From Tepidisphaera sp. (lineage in GTDB: Bacteria > Planctomycetota > Phycisphaerae > Phycisphaerales > UBA1924), in NCBI GenBank assembly GCA_050916045.1, contig CP051526.1:1152001-1216000 (forward strand): DNA of 64,000 nucleotides, given 5' to 3'. Both the position numbers and the translations under genes were made by a program. Positions 37,722-48,672 of this stretch are shown in pieces; positions within the stretch are counted from its first letter, which is position 1; each line of letters begins with the position of its first letter. A model generated the notes under the pieces. That model made no database searches. It worked only from the letters and a program-made list of their open reading frames with translations, and was not told the DNA's origin.

Positions 37722-40700
37722 TGAATCGACTCCGTCGTCACTTCCGTCGCCGAGTCGACCTCGTCGTCGAGGATCTTGACCCGCTTCTTCCGCGTGGACA
37801 GAGCGGGCTTGACGACAAAGCCGAAGCTCGTCGAGTCGGTCGTGTTGTTGTACGAGAGACGCAGGCCGAGGGTGTAAGCATCGCTCGCACGCGTCAGCTC
37901 GCCGCCCGCGCCCTGGAACCCGCCGTTGCTGATGTCGTAGCTTCCCAGCGCCGCGAGGCGGTAGCGCTGCGTGAGCTGGTACGAGGTTCCAAGGTCGAGG
38001 AACGTCGAGTCCAGCGGGTTGAGGTACCGGAGCTCGGCGAAGCTGCTGTAACGGGGGCTGTGCGTGATGACAAAGCCGCCGCTGGTGCGGTCCTGCTGCC
38101 GCGTGTCGAGGTCGTAGACCGTGCTCGACGTCAAAGCGAACGCGGAAGAGACCTGCCACGCGCCGTCGACCGTCGCGTAGTTGCCCGGGTTGGACAGCTC
38201 AGGTCGGAACTCAACCCAGCGGCCGAAGGGGTTCTTGGGGTCCACATCGCCGGAGGAGAAGACCAGCGCCGCGTTGAACTTGAAGACGTCGACCGAGTGG
38301 GCTTTGCCCATCGCGGCCGCGAGCGGGTCGCCGCGCTTGGTCTGCCAGACCTGATCGACACCGATCCTCGCCATCGAGCCCTCCGCGAGGTTCTCGACAT
38401 CGTCGTCATAGACCGGGAGGTCCTGGCGGTCGACGTTGGTCCCCGCGTGCCAGACGGTGATGTTGGGCTCCACGATGTGGCGGATTCGATTGAGGTCGAA
38501 GAAGTCCGACTTCACCGAGTCGTCGATCCTCTGGAACTGCGTCGAAGCCCGCGCCCCGGCCGAAGCCCAGAGCCGCGTGTTGTCGGTCTCCTGCGGCGAG
38601 TACGTCGTGAAGTCGTTGTCGTACGCCGTCGCCCGGCCCACGATGTACGGCGTCACATCCACGGGGCCCAGCTTCTGCGGGGCCGAGAGCTCCTGACGCG
38701 TGTCGAGTCGGTTGACGCTGTCCTCGCGGTAGCCGGCGCCGCGGAGGCGTTCGGAAAGCCGCTGGTCCTCGTCGATCCCGAACGCGAGCTGGGCCAAGGG
38801 GTCCGTGTCGAACCCGCGCTCGCGGGCGTACACCTCGTCGAACTGCATCGCCATGTGGCTGTAGCGATACTCCTGCGTCCAGAAGACCTCGCCCATGTCG
38901 AAGAGATCCTCGAAGACGCGGTCGGACTGCCGGAGGTACGTGAGCTCGGGGGCTTTCTGGACGGAATAGCCCTTGCTCTGGAGGAGGTACTCGTTGGCGA
39001 CAAAGTCGTTGAGGCTGGACTTGGCGCCGGCGGAGAACATCGAGTTGTCCTGCTTGCGGGCGAGGTTGATCTGGCTGGTGAATTCGCGGCGCGTCTCGCC
39101 GAAGGGCTCGAGGAACGCGTCGACGAACGCCTCATCGCTGATGTAGCTTCCTTCGGCGAACATGGTCCAGTGCTCGCCGAAGGTGATGCGTTCTTCGCCG
39201 AGGAGGATGCCGCGGGTGGATTCATCCCATTCGCGTCGGGTGCCGGGCTTCAAGAGGTCCTGCCCGCCGTCGTTGATGATCGAGAGGGCGAAGAGCTTGC
39301 CGCGGCTGTCGTCATCCTCGTACGCCGCGTCGACGCCCAGGCCGGCGCCGCGGTCGAAGTAGTACTGGGCGAGCAGGTCGATCTCGGCTTCCTCGAACCC
39401 GAGCACCGGTGACATGTTCCACCGCGTCTTGACGGCGGGGCCGTTGGCTCCGCTGTTCTCAAACCGCACATCCTTGAGCAGCATCGTCGTCGGGTCGCCC
39501 GTGAACTCCGGCACGTAGAAGATCGGCAGGCCCTCGGCGTTGAGCGTGATGTCCGAAGCCTGCACCATCGTGATCGTCGTGGTCGTCGACTGGCCAAAGC
39601 CGTCGGTCCTGGCCCCTTCGATCACGAGCCCCGAGCGGGTGGGAGCGGAGAGGGGGTCGCTCCCGGCGGAGGTCCGCGTGACTTCCTTGCGTTTGATCGT
39701 GATCGTCTGGGCTCCGAGGGAGAACTCGGGCTCGAAGAAGGCGGAGGTCGAGAACCGGGCTTTGGTCGCGCTGAACTCGCGGAGGCTTTCCTGCCGGATG
39801 ACGTCGGCCCGGACGTAGAACGGCAAGCCGCGATCCTCGTCGTAGGTCCAGAAGACCGCATCGAGGAGGATGGCTTTGTTCCGCTGGATGTCGTAATAGA
39901 CCTTGGGGCCGCGGACGGTGTAGTTGCCGTCGGTCGCGAGGACATCGCCTTCGAGGTAGACGCCGGCGACCTCGCCGACGCTGAAGCTGGTCACGCCGGA
40001 AGCCGCGTCCTTGCCCGCGGAGAGGAAGACCACGGCCCGCTGGGCCTGAAGCTGGAGGCCCCGGTTGGTCCGGGGGTCGACGTACTGGATCACGACGCCT
40101 TCGGACGCGATGACGGACGCGAGGGCGTCAGGGGTGTCGATGGTGGTGGGGGTGGTGGGGGTGATCGCGTCGGCGGGCGCGGCCTCGGCGATCGGGCTCG
40201 CGGCTTTGGCTCCCTGATAGACGAGGTTCCCCGCCGACACGGTGATCACGCCCTGCTTGGCGAAGATGGGCGCGTTCTCGCCGCCGAAGGGGAGCCTCGC
40301 GACGCCCTCGTTGATCGCGGCGGCGTCGTCGCCGAGGCGGAACTCGCGGACGTTGCGGTACGGCTTGGCGGTTGAGGGGTCGACGGCGACGGGCTGGCGG
40401 AAGGGGCGTTCGGCTTGGAAGGGGATGGGGACGCCGTCGAGGGGGCCTTCTTCGTCTGTGGGGGCGGTGGGGGAAGCGGCACGCCGGTTGGATTCGTCGC
40501 GGACGGCTTCGGCTTCATCGACGAAGGGGTCGCTGGGCCGGGCTCGGGCGAGGGTGTCAAAGCGGAGGCCGACGGCGCCATCGACATCGATCACGGCGCG
40601 GACGGGGAGGCGGTCGGCGGCGAGGGAGGTGCTCGCGGGTCCGCGGGGGTTGCCGACGCGGTCGAAGTAGATGTAGACCTGATAGACACCCGCACGCGGG

Positions 40701-41053
40701 GAGGCGGAGGCGGCGATGGGGATGGGGGAGTCGTCGATGCGTTCGAGCCAGACGACGGCGCGGGCGGCGTGGAACTCGTAGCTGCCGAGCCTGATGAGCA
40801 CGTCGCCGGAGAGGACCATGCGCTGGGTCTGGGCTCCGGCGGCGGTGGGGGACTCGGACCAGACGGCGGCGCGGGCGGCGGAGAAGGAGAGGGGTCCGCG
40901 GACGGACGTGGGGGAGGTGCCGGCGGGAACGGCTTGGGCCGTCGCCGGGTCCGAAGCCTGGGCGAACGTCTGCGTCCCCGTCCACGCGCACGCCGCGCCG
41001 ACCGCCAGAAGAAGAGCGGCGATGCGGCGATGGGGGTGGTGGGGGTGGAGCAT
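37718..41053 (-). CDS. lptD: LPS-assembly outer membrane protein LptD-like
   Basis: Signal peptide, N-terminal jellyroll region (YLEGDV, VYYD), C-terminal barrel with RHIVEP. Start supported by TACCAT 6 nt upstream. Confidence 0.75.
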   Translation of the reverse strand: MLHPHHPHRRIAALLLAVGAACAWTGTQTFAQASDPATAQAVPAGTSPTSVRGPLSFSAARAAVWSESPTAAGAQTQRMVLSGDVLIRLGSYEFHAARAVVWLERIDDSPIPIAASASPRAGVYQVYIYFDRVGNPRGPASTSLAADRLPVRAVIDVDGAVGLRFDTLARARPSDPFVDEAEAVRDESNRRAASPTAPTDEEGPLDGVPIPFQAERPFRQPVAVDPSTAKPYRNVREFRLGDDAAAINEGVARLPFGGENAPIFAKQGVITVSAGNLVYQGAKAASPIAEAAPADAITPTTPTTIDTPDALASVIASEGVVIQYVDPRTNRGLQLQAQRAVVFLSAGKDAASGVTSFSVGEVAGVYLEGDVLATDGNYTVRGPKVYYDIQRNKAILLDAVFWTYDEDRGLPFYVRADVIRQESLREFSATKARFSTSAFFEPEFSLGAQTITIKRKEVTRTSAGSDPLSAPTRSGLVIEGARTDGFGQSTTTTITMVQASDITLNAEGLPIFYVPEFTGDPTTMLLKDVRFENSGANGPAVKTRWNMSPVLGFEEAEIDLLAQYYFDRGAGLGVDAAYEDDDSRGKLFALSIINDGGQDLLKPGTRREWDESTRGILLGEERITFGEHWTMFAEGSYISDEAFVDAFLEPFGETRREFTSQINLARKQDNSMFSAGAKSSLNDFVANEYLLQSKGYSVQKAPELTYLRQSDRVFEDLFDMGEVFWTQEYRYSHMAMQFDEVYARERGFDTDPLAQLAFGIDEDQRLSERLRGAGYREDSVNRLDTRQELSAPQKLGPVDVTPYIVGRATAYDNDFTTYSPQETDNTRLWASAGARASTQFQRIDDSVKSDFFDLNRIRHIVEPNITVWHAGTNVDRQDLPVYDDDVENLAEGSMARIGVDQVWQTKRGDPLAAAMGKAHSVDVFKFNAALVFSSGDVDPKNPFGRWVEFRPELSNPGNYATVDGAWQVSSAFALTSSTVYDLDTRQQDRTSGGFVITHSPRYSSFAELRYLNPLDSTFLDLGTSYQLTQRYRLAALGSYDISNGGFQGAGGELTRASDAYTLGLRLSYNNTTDSTSFGFVVKPALSTRKKRVKILDDEVDSATEVTTESIQ

Positions 41054-41075
41054 GGCCGCATGGTACCTCACCGGC

Positions 41076-41426
41076 GGAGCGCCCGCCCCCACGGACGGAG
41101 CGCCCACGGGCATGGACGGAGCGCCCGCGGGCACGGAGGGAGCGCCCGTGGGCACGGAGGGAGCGCCCACGGGCACGGACGGAGCGCCCACTGGCACGAA
41201 GGGAGCGCCCGTGGGCACGAAGGGAGCGCCCGCGGGCACGGAGGGAGCGCCCACGGGCATGAAGGGAGCGCTGCCGGGCACCAACGGAGCTTTGACGGCC
41301 GTCAACGGAGCTTTGGTGCCCGTCAAGAGAGCCTTGACGGCCGTCAACAGAGCGTTGGTGCCCGTCAAGAGAGTCTTGACGGCCATCAACAGAGCCTTGA
41401 CGGCCATCAACGGAGCGCCCACGCCC
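41076..41426. repeat. Degenerate 21-bp tandem array, about 16.5 copies
   Basis: Units begin at 41076, 41097, 41118 ... 41412; sequence drifts from GGAGCGCCC(A/G)CGGGCACGGA(C/G) to AGAGCCTTGACGGCCATCAAC. Confidence 0.92.
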
Positions 41427-41525
41427 CCCAGGAACGCGCAAAATCGACCGATCGTCCCTCACCCTCCGCCCCCACACCCCCCCTCAGACTCAGCCCCGAA
41501 CGCCCCGTGCGCCGATGATTCCATC

Positions 41526-42779
41526 ATGGCCCACCATCTGGAAATCCCCCTCAGCCGCCCCGATGTCGGTCCCCTCGAAGAAGAGCTTCTCCTCGAGGTC
41601 CTCCGGTCCAAGCGGCTCTCGATGGGGCCCTTCGTCGAGGAGTTCGAGCGGCTCGTCGCTTCCCGCGTCAAGCGGCAGCACGCCGTCGCGGTCAACAGCG
41701 GCACCTCGGCTCTTCACCTCGTCATGGAGGCTTTGGGTGTGGGCGAGGGGGATGAGGTCATCACGACCCCCTTCTCGTTCATCGCCTCCGCCAACGCGAT
41801 CCTCTTTGTCGGGGCCAAACCCGTCTTCGTCGACATCTGCCCCCGCACCATGAACATGGACCCCGCCAAGCTCGCGGCGGCGATCACGCCCAAAACCAAA
41901 GCCGTCATCGCGGTGGAAGCCTTCGGCAACCCCGCCCACATGGACGCGTACGAGTCGATCTGTCAGCGGCACGAGATCCCGATGATCGAGGACTGCTGCG
42001 AAGCCCTCGGGTCCGTGTACAAGGGCAGGCCGTGCGGGACCTTCGGCAGGGTCGGCGTCTTTGGGTTCTACCCCAACAAGCAGATCACCACCGGCGAAGG
42101 CGGCATGATCGTGACCGACGATCAGCGACTCGCCGAGCTCTGCCGGAGCATGCGGAACCAGGGCAGGCCGATGGGCTGGAGGCCCCCGCACTCGGTCGCG
42201 GCGAGCATCCCCGGTTCATCCGCCGAGCCGGGCGCGGCGGGGGCCGGAGCGGGGGGTGTGGGGGGCGTGGGGGGGACGGCGACGGGGTCGTGGCTTCGGC
42301 ACGAGCGGCTGGGGTTCAATTACAGGCTGGATGAGCTCTCGGCCGCGCTGGGCGTCGCGCAGATGCGGCGGTTTGACCAGATCATGAAGAAGCGGCACAC
42401 GGCGGCGGAGCTGTACTTCGCGCGGCTTTCGGCCCACAAGGATCTGATCCTGCCGACGATCGACCCCGAGACGGTGATGAGCTGGTTCGTCTTCGTCGTG
42501 CGGCTTGCGACCAACTACAGCCTCGAAGAACGCGACCGGATGATCGCGGGCCTGCGGCGGCACGACATCGGGGCCGCGGACTACTTCCCGTGCATCCACC
42601 TCCAGCCGTTCTATCAGGAGCGGTTCGGGTTCGAGCGCGGGATGTTCCCCATCGCGGAGAAGCTCAGCGAGCGGACCATCGCGGTGCCGTTTTACAACGA
42701 CATCACGCCCCGGGAAGCGGATCTCGTCGTGCAGACGCTGGATCTCATGCTCATGCGTGAGAACCTCAAGCGCACGTAA
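41526..42779 (+). CDS. DegT/DnrJ/EryC1/StrS PLP aminotransferase
   Basis: NSGTSALH, EDCCEALG, FYPNKQITTGEGG, GFNYRL. Confidence 0.95.
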   Translation: MAHHLEIPLSRPDVGPLEEELLLEVLRSKRLSMGPFVEEFERLVASRVKRQHAVAVNSGTSALHLVMEALGVGEGDEVITTPFSFIASANAILFVGAKPVFVDICPRTMNMDPAKLAAAITPKTKAVIAVEAFGNPAHMDAYESICQRHEIPMIEDCCEALGSVYKGRPCGTFGRVGVFGFYPNKQITTGEGGMIVTDDQRLAELCRSMRNQGRPMGWRPPHSVAASIPGSSAEPGAAGAGAGGVGGVGGTATGSWLRHERLGFNYRLDELSAALGVAQMRRFDQIMKKRHTAAELYFARLSAHKDLILPTIDPETVMSWFVFVVRLATNYSLEERDRMIAGLRRHDIGAADYFPCIHLQPFYQERFGFERGMFPIAEKLSERTIAVPFYNDITPREADLVVQTLDLMLMRENLKRT

Positions 42780-42806
42780 AAACCCGGCGGCGGCCGCCGG
42801 GCTTTC
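42778..42806. terminator. Bidirectional terminator candidate
   Basis: AAAAA-CCCGGCGG-cgg-CCGCCGGG-CTTT between convergent genes. Confidence 0.65.
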
Positions 42807-42859
42807 ATGGGCCTTCGAACACGGGACGGGGCGACACGCCCCGGCTCGCGGGCGATGGT

Positions 42860-43681
42860 TTACTTGGGGTTGGCGAGCTTGGGCGTGGTCGCGGGCGCGA
42901 CCTTCGGGGCCGACGCGGGCGTCTGCTTGGCGTCCTTGGCCGGCGCGGCGGTCTCGGGCTTGGGCGTGTCCGACGGGGCGGGGGCGGGCTTGGCGCCCTT
43001 GTCGCGTTTGACGCGGGTGTAGCTGATCTCGAGGAGGAGCATCTCCTTGCCGTCGGCGGGGTTGGTCATGAACATCTCGAGCTTGGACGTGTTGTCGTCG
43101 ATGAAGGTCTCGACCTCGCGCATGGTCTCTTTGGTGCCGCCGGGGCCGGTCATCTCGACGGTCCACGTGAGGGTCTTCTTGTCGGCGGAAAGCTCGCCCG
43201 TGCCGGTCGCGATGCCGGTGCTCATGGAGTCGACCCAGGAGGAGACGAACTTCTTGGTGCCGGTGTCATAGCCGTAGAGGCCCATGCCCTGGAAGGGCTT
43301 GCCCATCATCTTGCCGGAGTACTGGACCTGGGTGTAGCGGCCGTCGAAGAGGCTTCGGACGACGCACTTGCCGGTGGATTCTTCGACTTCGCCGGTCATG
43401 TAGGATTTGGTCTTGGTCTCCCATTCGCCGACGGCTTTGGTGAGGATCTTGTGCATCTCGCCGGGGCCCTCGTCGGCGGGCATCTCGGGGGCGACGAGCT
43501 CGGCGGGGTTCTTCTTGTCGGCGGGCTGGGTGGCGGTCTGGGGGGCGGCTTTGGGGGCGGTCTGGGGCAGGGCGGATTTGGGGGCTTCTTTCTTCTCGGC
43601 GGGTGCGGTCTGAGCAAGACCGGCGGAAGCGAAGAGCGAGAGGGAGAGCGACAGGGTGGCGATCAGGCTTGACGACTTCAT
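42860..43681 (-). CDS. Secreted DUF1579-like protein
   Basis: Signal peptide; PGEMH..L...VGEW, GYD..KKFVSSWVDSMST; Pro/Ala-rich flanks. Confidence 0.8.
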   Translation of the reverse strand: MKSSSLIATLSLSLSLFASAGLAQTAPAEKKEAPKSALPQTAPKAAPQTATQPADKKNPAELVAPEMPADEGPGEMHKILTKAVGEWETKTKSYMTGEVEESTGKCVVRSLFDGRYTQVQYSGKMMGKPFQGMGLYGYDTGTKKFVSSWVDSMSTGIATGTGELSADKKTLTWTVEMTGPGGTKETMREVETFIDDNTSKLEMFMTNPADGKEMLLLEISYTRVKRDKGAKPAPAPSDTPKPETAAPAKDAKQTPASAPKVAPATTPKLANPK

Positions 43682-44036
43682 GGCAGGCTCCGTGACGGTC
43701 GGGGGCAGGGCCCGACGTGGACCGGGTCGCCCGTCGCTCCACATGGGGACGGGGCGAATCCGATAGGACTATGTTCGGATTGTATGGGCTCGGGGACCCT
43801 TGGAGTGAATCTGGGACGTTTCAGGGGTCGGCCTCCGGGTTCAGATCACGGAAAACCCGGGGTCCTTTGCGGCGGATGTCAGGCTGGGAGGGCGTGGGAC
43901 GACGAAAGTGGGCGATTTCGAACCTACCATCCTGCTCGGGGTCGTTGGGGGCCCCTTGAACCATGGCTTGGCCCGGCCGCGCACGCGGCTTGGGGTTGCC
44001 GTTTCCGACCCGCCCGGGGGGTCCTTGAGGTTTGCA

Positions 44037-45929
<1,893 letters not shown>

Positions 45930-45991
45930 GCCTGACCGGCGGCCGGACATCCCGCATTTTCCGCTGATCCCGCATACCATCGCTCCAACCG

Positions 45992-46822
45992 ATGGCGAGA
46001 CTGCGCGATTATCTCTGGGCCGCGTTCAAAGCACGACCTCTGGGCGTGCCGATCCCGCCCAATTTCGTCGGTCTGGCCGCTGTCGGCCTGCTTGGCCTGC
46101 TGAATCCCGGATTCTGGATCATCGGCGCGGGACTTGAAGCCGGGTATCTCCTCGCGTGCATCTCAAGCAAGCGGTTCCGCGATCTGGTCGACGCTCAGAT
46201 GCGCCTCCGCGGCGGGAAAGACGCCGAGGGCCGGGTCCAGTCGGTGCTGGCACGCCTCGGGTCGGACGAGCGTCAGCGGTTCGCGGCCCTCGACGCCCGG
46301 TGCCGCAAGATCCTTTCGGAGATCCGTTCGTCATCGAGCGCGGCGGCGTCTGCTCAAGCGGACAGCCTCGCGGCGTTTCGATGGGCGTACCTCCAGCTTC
46401 TGGTCATGCGGCGGTCGCTCCGCAAGATGTTCGAGGACGCCGGCGAAGCCGAGAACGGCATGGTGAGCATTCTCGACCGGGTCGAGGACCTCACGCGGCG
46501 GCTTCGCACCGAGCACCTGCCGGATGAACTCCGCGAGAGCCTGGAATCGCAGCGCGATGTGCTTCAGAAGCGGCTTGCTCGCCACACCGAGGGGCACGAC
46601 CGGCTGGACCACATCGAGTCCGAGCTTGCCCGCATCGAGAACCACGTCGAACTGGTGCGAGAAGAGGTGATGGTGGGCGAGCGGCCGGAGCGGGCGGCCG
46701 AGCGGGTGAATCAGGCGGCGCAGTCGCTTGAGGGGACGACGACCTGGATCCGCGAGCAGGCGAGCTTGAACGACACGGTCGCGGGGCTTCTGGCGGAAGA
46801 GCCGCCGATGATCCCCCAATAG
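45992..46822 (+). CDS. Hypothetical membrane-anchored coiled-coil protein
   Basis: Two N-terminal TMs followed by a long helical, charged region. Confidence 0.75.
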   Translation: MARLRDYLWAAFKARPLGVPIPPNFVGLAAVGLLGLLNPGFWIIGAGLEAGYLLACISSKRFRDLVDAQMRLRGGKDAEGRVQSVLARLGSDERQRFAALDARCRKILSEIRSSSSAAASAQADSLAAFRWAYLQLLVMRRSLRKMFEDAGEAENGMVSILDRVEDLTRRLRTEHLPDELRESLESQRDVLQKRLARHTEGHDRLDHIESELARIENHVELVREEVMVGERPERAAERVNQAAQSLEGTTTWIREQASLNDTVAGLLAEEPPMIPQ

Positions 46823-46883
46823 CATTCACGCGTCTCTCGCCGCGGTGGGGGAGACGAGCACAGACTCAAAGGGGAACGAAACA

Positions 46884-48587
46884 ATGCAAGAGAATCAGTC
46901 CAAACTGACGCCGCTTGGGGTCATGGTCTCGCTGCTCATGATCGTCGGGCTGATCGGCGTGGGGGCGTACGTCTTCACGGCACGCTTGTCTGGCCCGCCG
47001 ATCAACGCCCCGGGCGGCAACGGCGGGCAATCGCCCGGCGGCGACGCAGCAGGGGCCGGGTCGCTCAAGGACCTCAAGCTCATCACGCCCGAACCGGTCG
47101 TGGCGCTCGCTCCGCAAGCGACCTATCAGCCCAAGGACAACACGATCGACGTCGAGCTTTCCGAGTACGCCGGGTACGCGGGCATCATCGTCGCCAACGG
47201 CGGCCTTGAGCCCAACCCGGACTCGGTGTTCACCAAGAAGCACGGGTTCAAGGTGCGGATCAAGCTCTCGGAGGATGAGGGCTGGAACCGGCTGAATTCC
47301 GGCCAGATCGGCGTGACGGCCACGACCGCGGACGTCCTCGCGGTCTTTGGGCGGCAGTTCGGAGCGGTCGTGCCGATGCAGATCGGGTTCTCCCGCGGCG
47401 CCACCGGCATCGTCGTCCCCGCGAGCATCAAGCGGATCAACGACCTCAAGGGCAAGGTCGTCGTCACGACGCAGTACACCGAAGCCGATTTCTTCCTCCG
47501 ATTCCTCGCCCAGGAAGCCGGGGCTCAGGTCGCGATGCTCGAGGATCTGGATGCCGCGCCGAACGCGGAAGCGATCAACCTCGTCTTTGCGGAGGACGGC
47601 GATCAGGCGGCCGAGGTCTTCGCCGAGGATCTCAAGTCCGCCAATCCCCGGCTTGCCGGCTGCGTCACGTGGGATCCGGCGACGACCGATCTGGTGCAGG
47701 GCTCGGAGGGGAAAGCCAGGCTTCTGGTCACCAACCGCAACCTCCTCGTCATCGCGGACCTGCTGGTTGTCAATCGCGGCTTTGCGGAGCAGAACTCCAA
47801 GATTCTGGCGGGCCTGGTGGATGGGGCTCTTGAGGGCAATCGAATGATGCGGGAGAACCCGCAGCAGCACACGGCGGTGGTGGGGAAGGCCTTCGGCTGG
47901 GACGCCGCTCGCACGACACGAGAGATGGGCAAGGTGCACCTGTCGAACCTGCCGGAAAACCTCGCGTTCTTCTCGGGCGCGATCGACATGGCGGGTTCCT
48001 TCGGCGGGATCTACCAGAGCTCGGTGCTCGCGTACGGCACGGGCATCATCAAGAACCCGGTGGATGGCGAGCGGTTCCTGTCGCCGGAGCCGTTGAAGGC
48101 CCTGGAGGCGTCGGGCCTCTATAAGGATGAGAAGATCGTGATCGCGCCGATCAAAGCCGATCCGACCGGAAGCAAGACGGCGGGGCTCGAAACCGACCCG
48201 CTGCTTTCCAAGGACATCCGGTTCCTGTTTGAGCCCAACTCCTCGACGCTCGACATGGCGGCGAAAGCCAATCTCGACAACCTGGATTCGATCCGCAAGC
48301 TGCTTCAGGTGTCGCCGGGATCGTTCGTGGTGCTCCGCGGACACGTCGACAACACCAAGATGGAGGAGTATCGGGCCGCGGGGGGTGAGGGGCTGGTGCG
48401 GAAGAAAGCACTCGAAGCGATGGAGCTCTCCAAGAACCGCGCGGCCGAGGTCCGCAAGGTGCTGATGGAGAAGTACCAGATCGACCCCAAGCGGATCGAG
48501 ACGATCGGCCGCGGCTGGGAAGAGCCCGCCGGGACCGACATGAACAAGAACCGTCGCGTCGAGGTGTACTGGTTCACGCTCGAATAG
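46884..48587 (+). CDS. NMT1/THI5-like substrate-binding domain fused to an OmpA-like C-terminal domain
   Basis: N-terminal TM, SRGA.GIV, INDLKGK, IADLLV; C-terminal GHVD...LSKNRA..V...GRGWEEP...NRRVE. Confidence 0.82.
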   Translation: MQENQSKLTPLGVMVSLLMIVGLIGVGAYVFTARLSGPPINAPGGNGGQSPGGDAAGAGSLKDLKLITPEPVVALAPQATYQPKDNTIDVELSEYAGYAGIIVANGGLEPNPDSVFTKKHGFKVRIKLSEDEGWNRLNSGQIGVTATTADVLAVFGRQFGAVVPMQIGFSRGATGIVVPASIKRINDLKGKVVVTTQYTEADFFLRFLAQEAGAQVAMLEDLDAAPNAEAINLVFAEDGDQAAEVFAEDLKSANPRLAGCVTWDPATTDLVQGSEGKARLLVTNRNLLVIADLLVVNRGFAEQNSKILAGLVDGALEGNRMMRENPQQHTAVVGKAFGWDAARTTREMGKVHLSNLPENLAFFSGAIDMAGSFGGIYQSSVLAYGTGIIKNPVDGERFLSPEPLKALEASGLYKDEKIVIAPIKADPTGSKTAGLETDPLLSKDIRFLFEPNSSTLDMAAKANLDNLDSIRKLLQVSPGSFVVLRGHVDNTKMEEYRAAGGEGLVRKKALEAMELSKNRAAEVRKVLMEKYQIDPKRIETIGRGWEEPAGTDMNKNRRVEVYWFTLE

Positions 48588-48621
48588 AGACAGCCGCGAG
48601 GAAGCAAGCCAAGAACCAAGA

Positions 48622-48648
48622 AAAAACCCCGCGTGAAGCGGGGTTTTT
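48622..48648. terminator. Bidirectional intrinsic terminator
   Basis: AAAAACCCCGC-gtgaa-GCGGGGTTTTT. Confidence 0.85.
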
Positions 48649-48672
48649 CGTAGGGTGCGATGATGAGGAAGT

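Noticed and set aside
41076..41426. CRISPR array
   Set aside because: Contiguous 21-bp units with no unique spacers, and no cas genes.
40794..41525. N-terminal extensions of DegT (661 aa) and LptD (1234 aa) through the repeat
   Set aside because: Family-like sequence begins at 41526 and 41053, and the LptD signal peptide starts at 41053; the open frames follow from the stop-free 21-bp unit.
43757..43781. Inverted repeat AATCCGA-N11-TCGGATT upstream of the DUF1579-like gene
   Set aside because: Single occurrence with no regulator nearby; too weak to call an operator.
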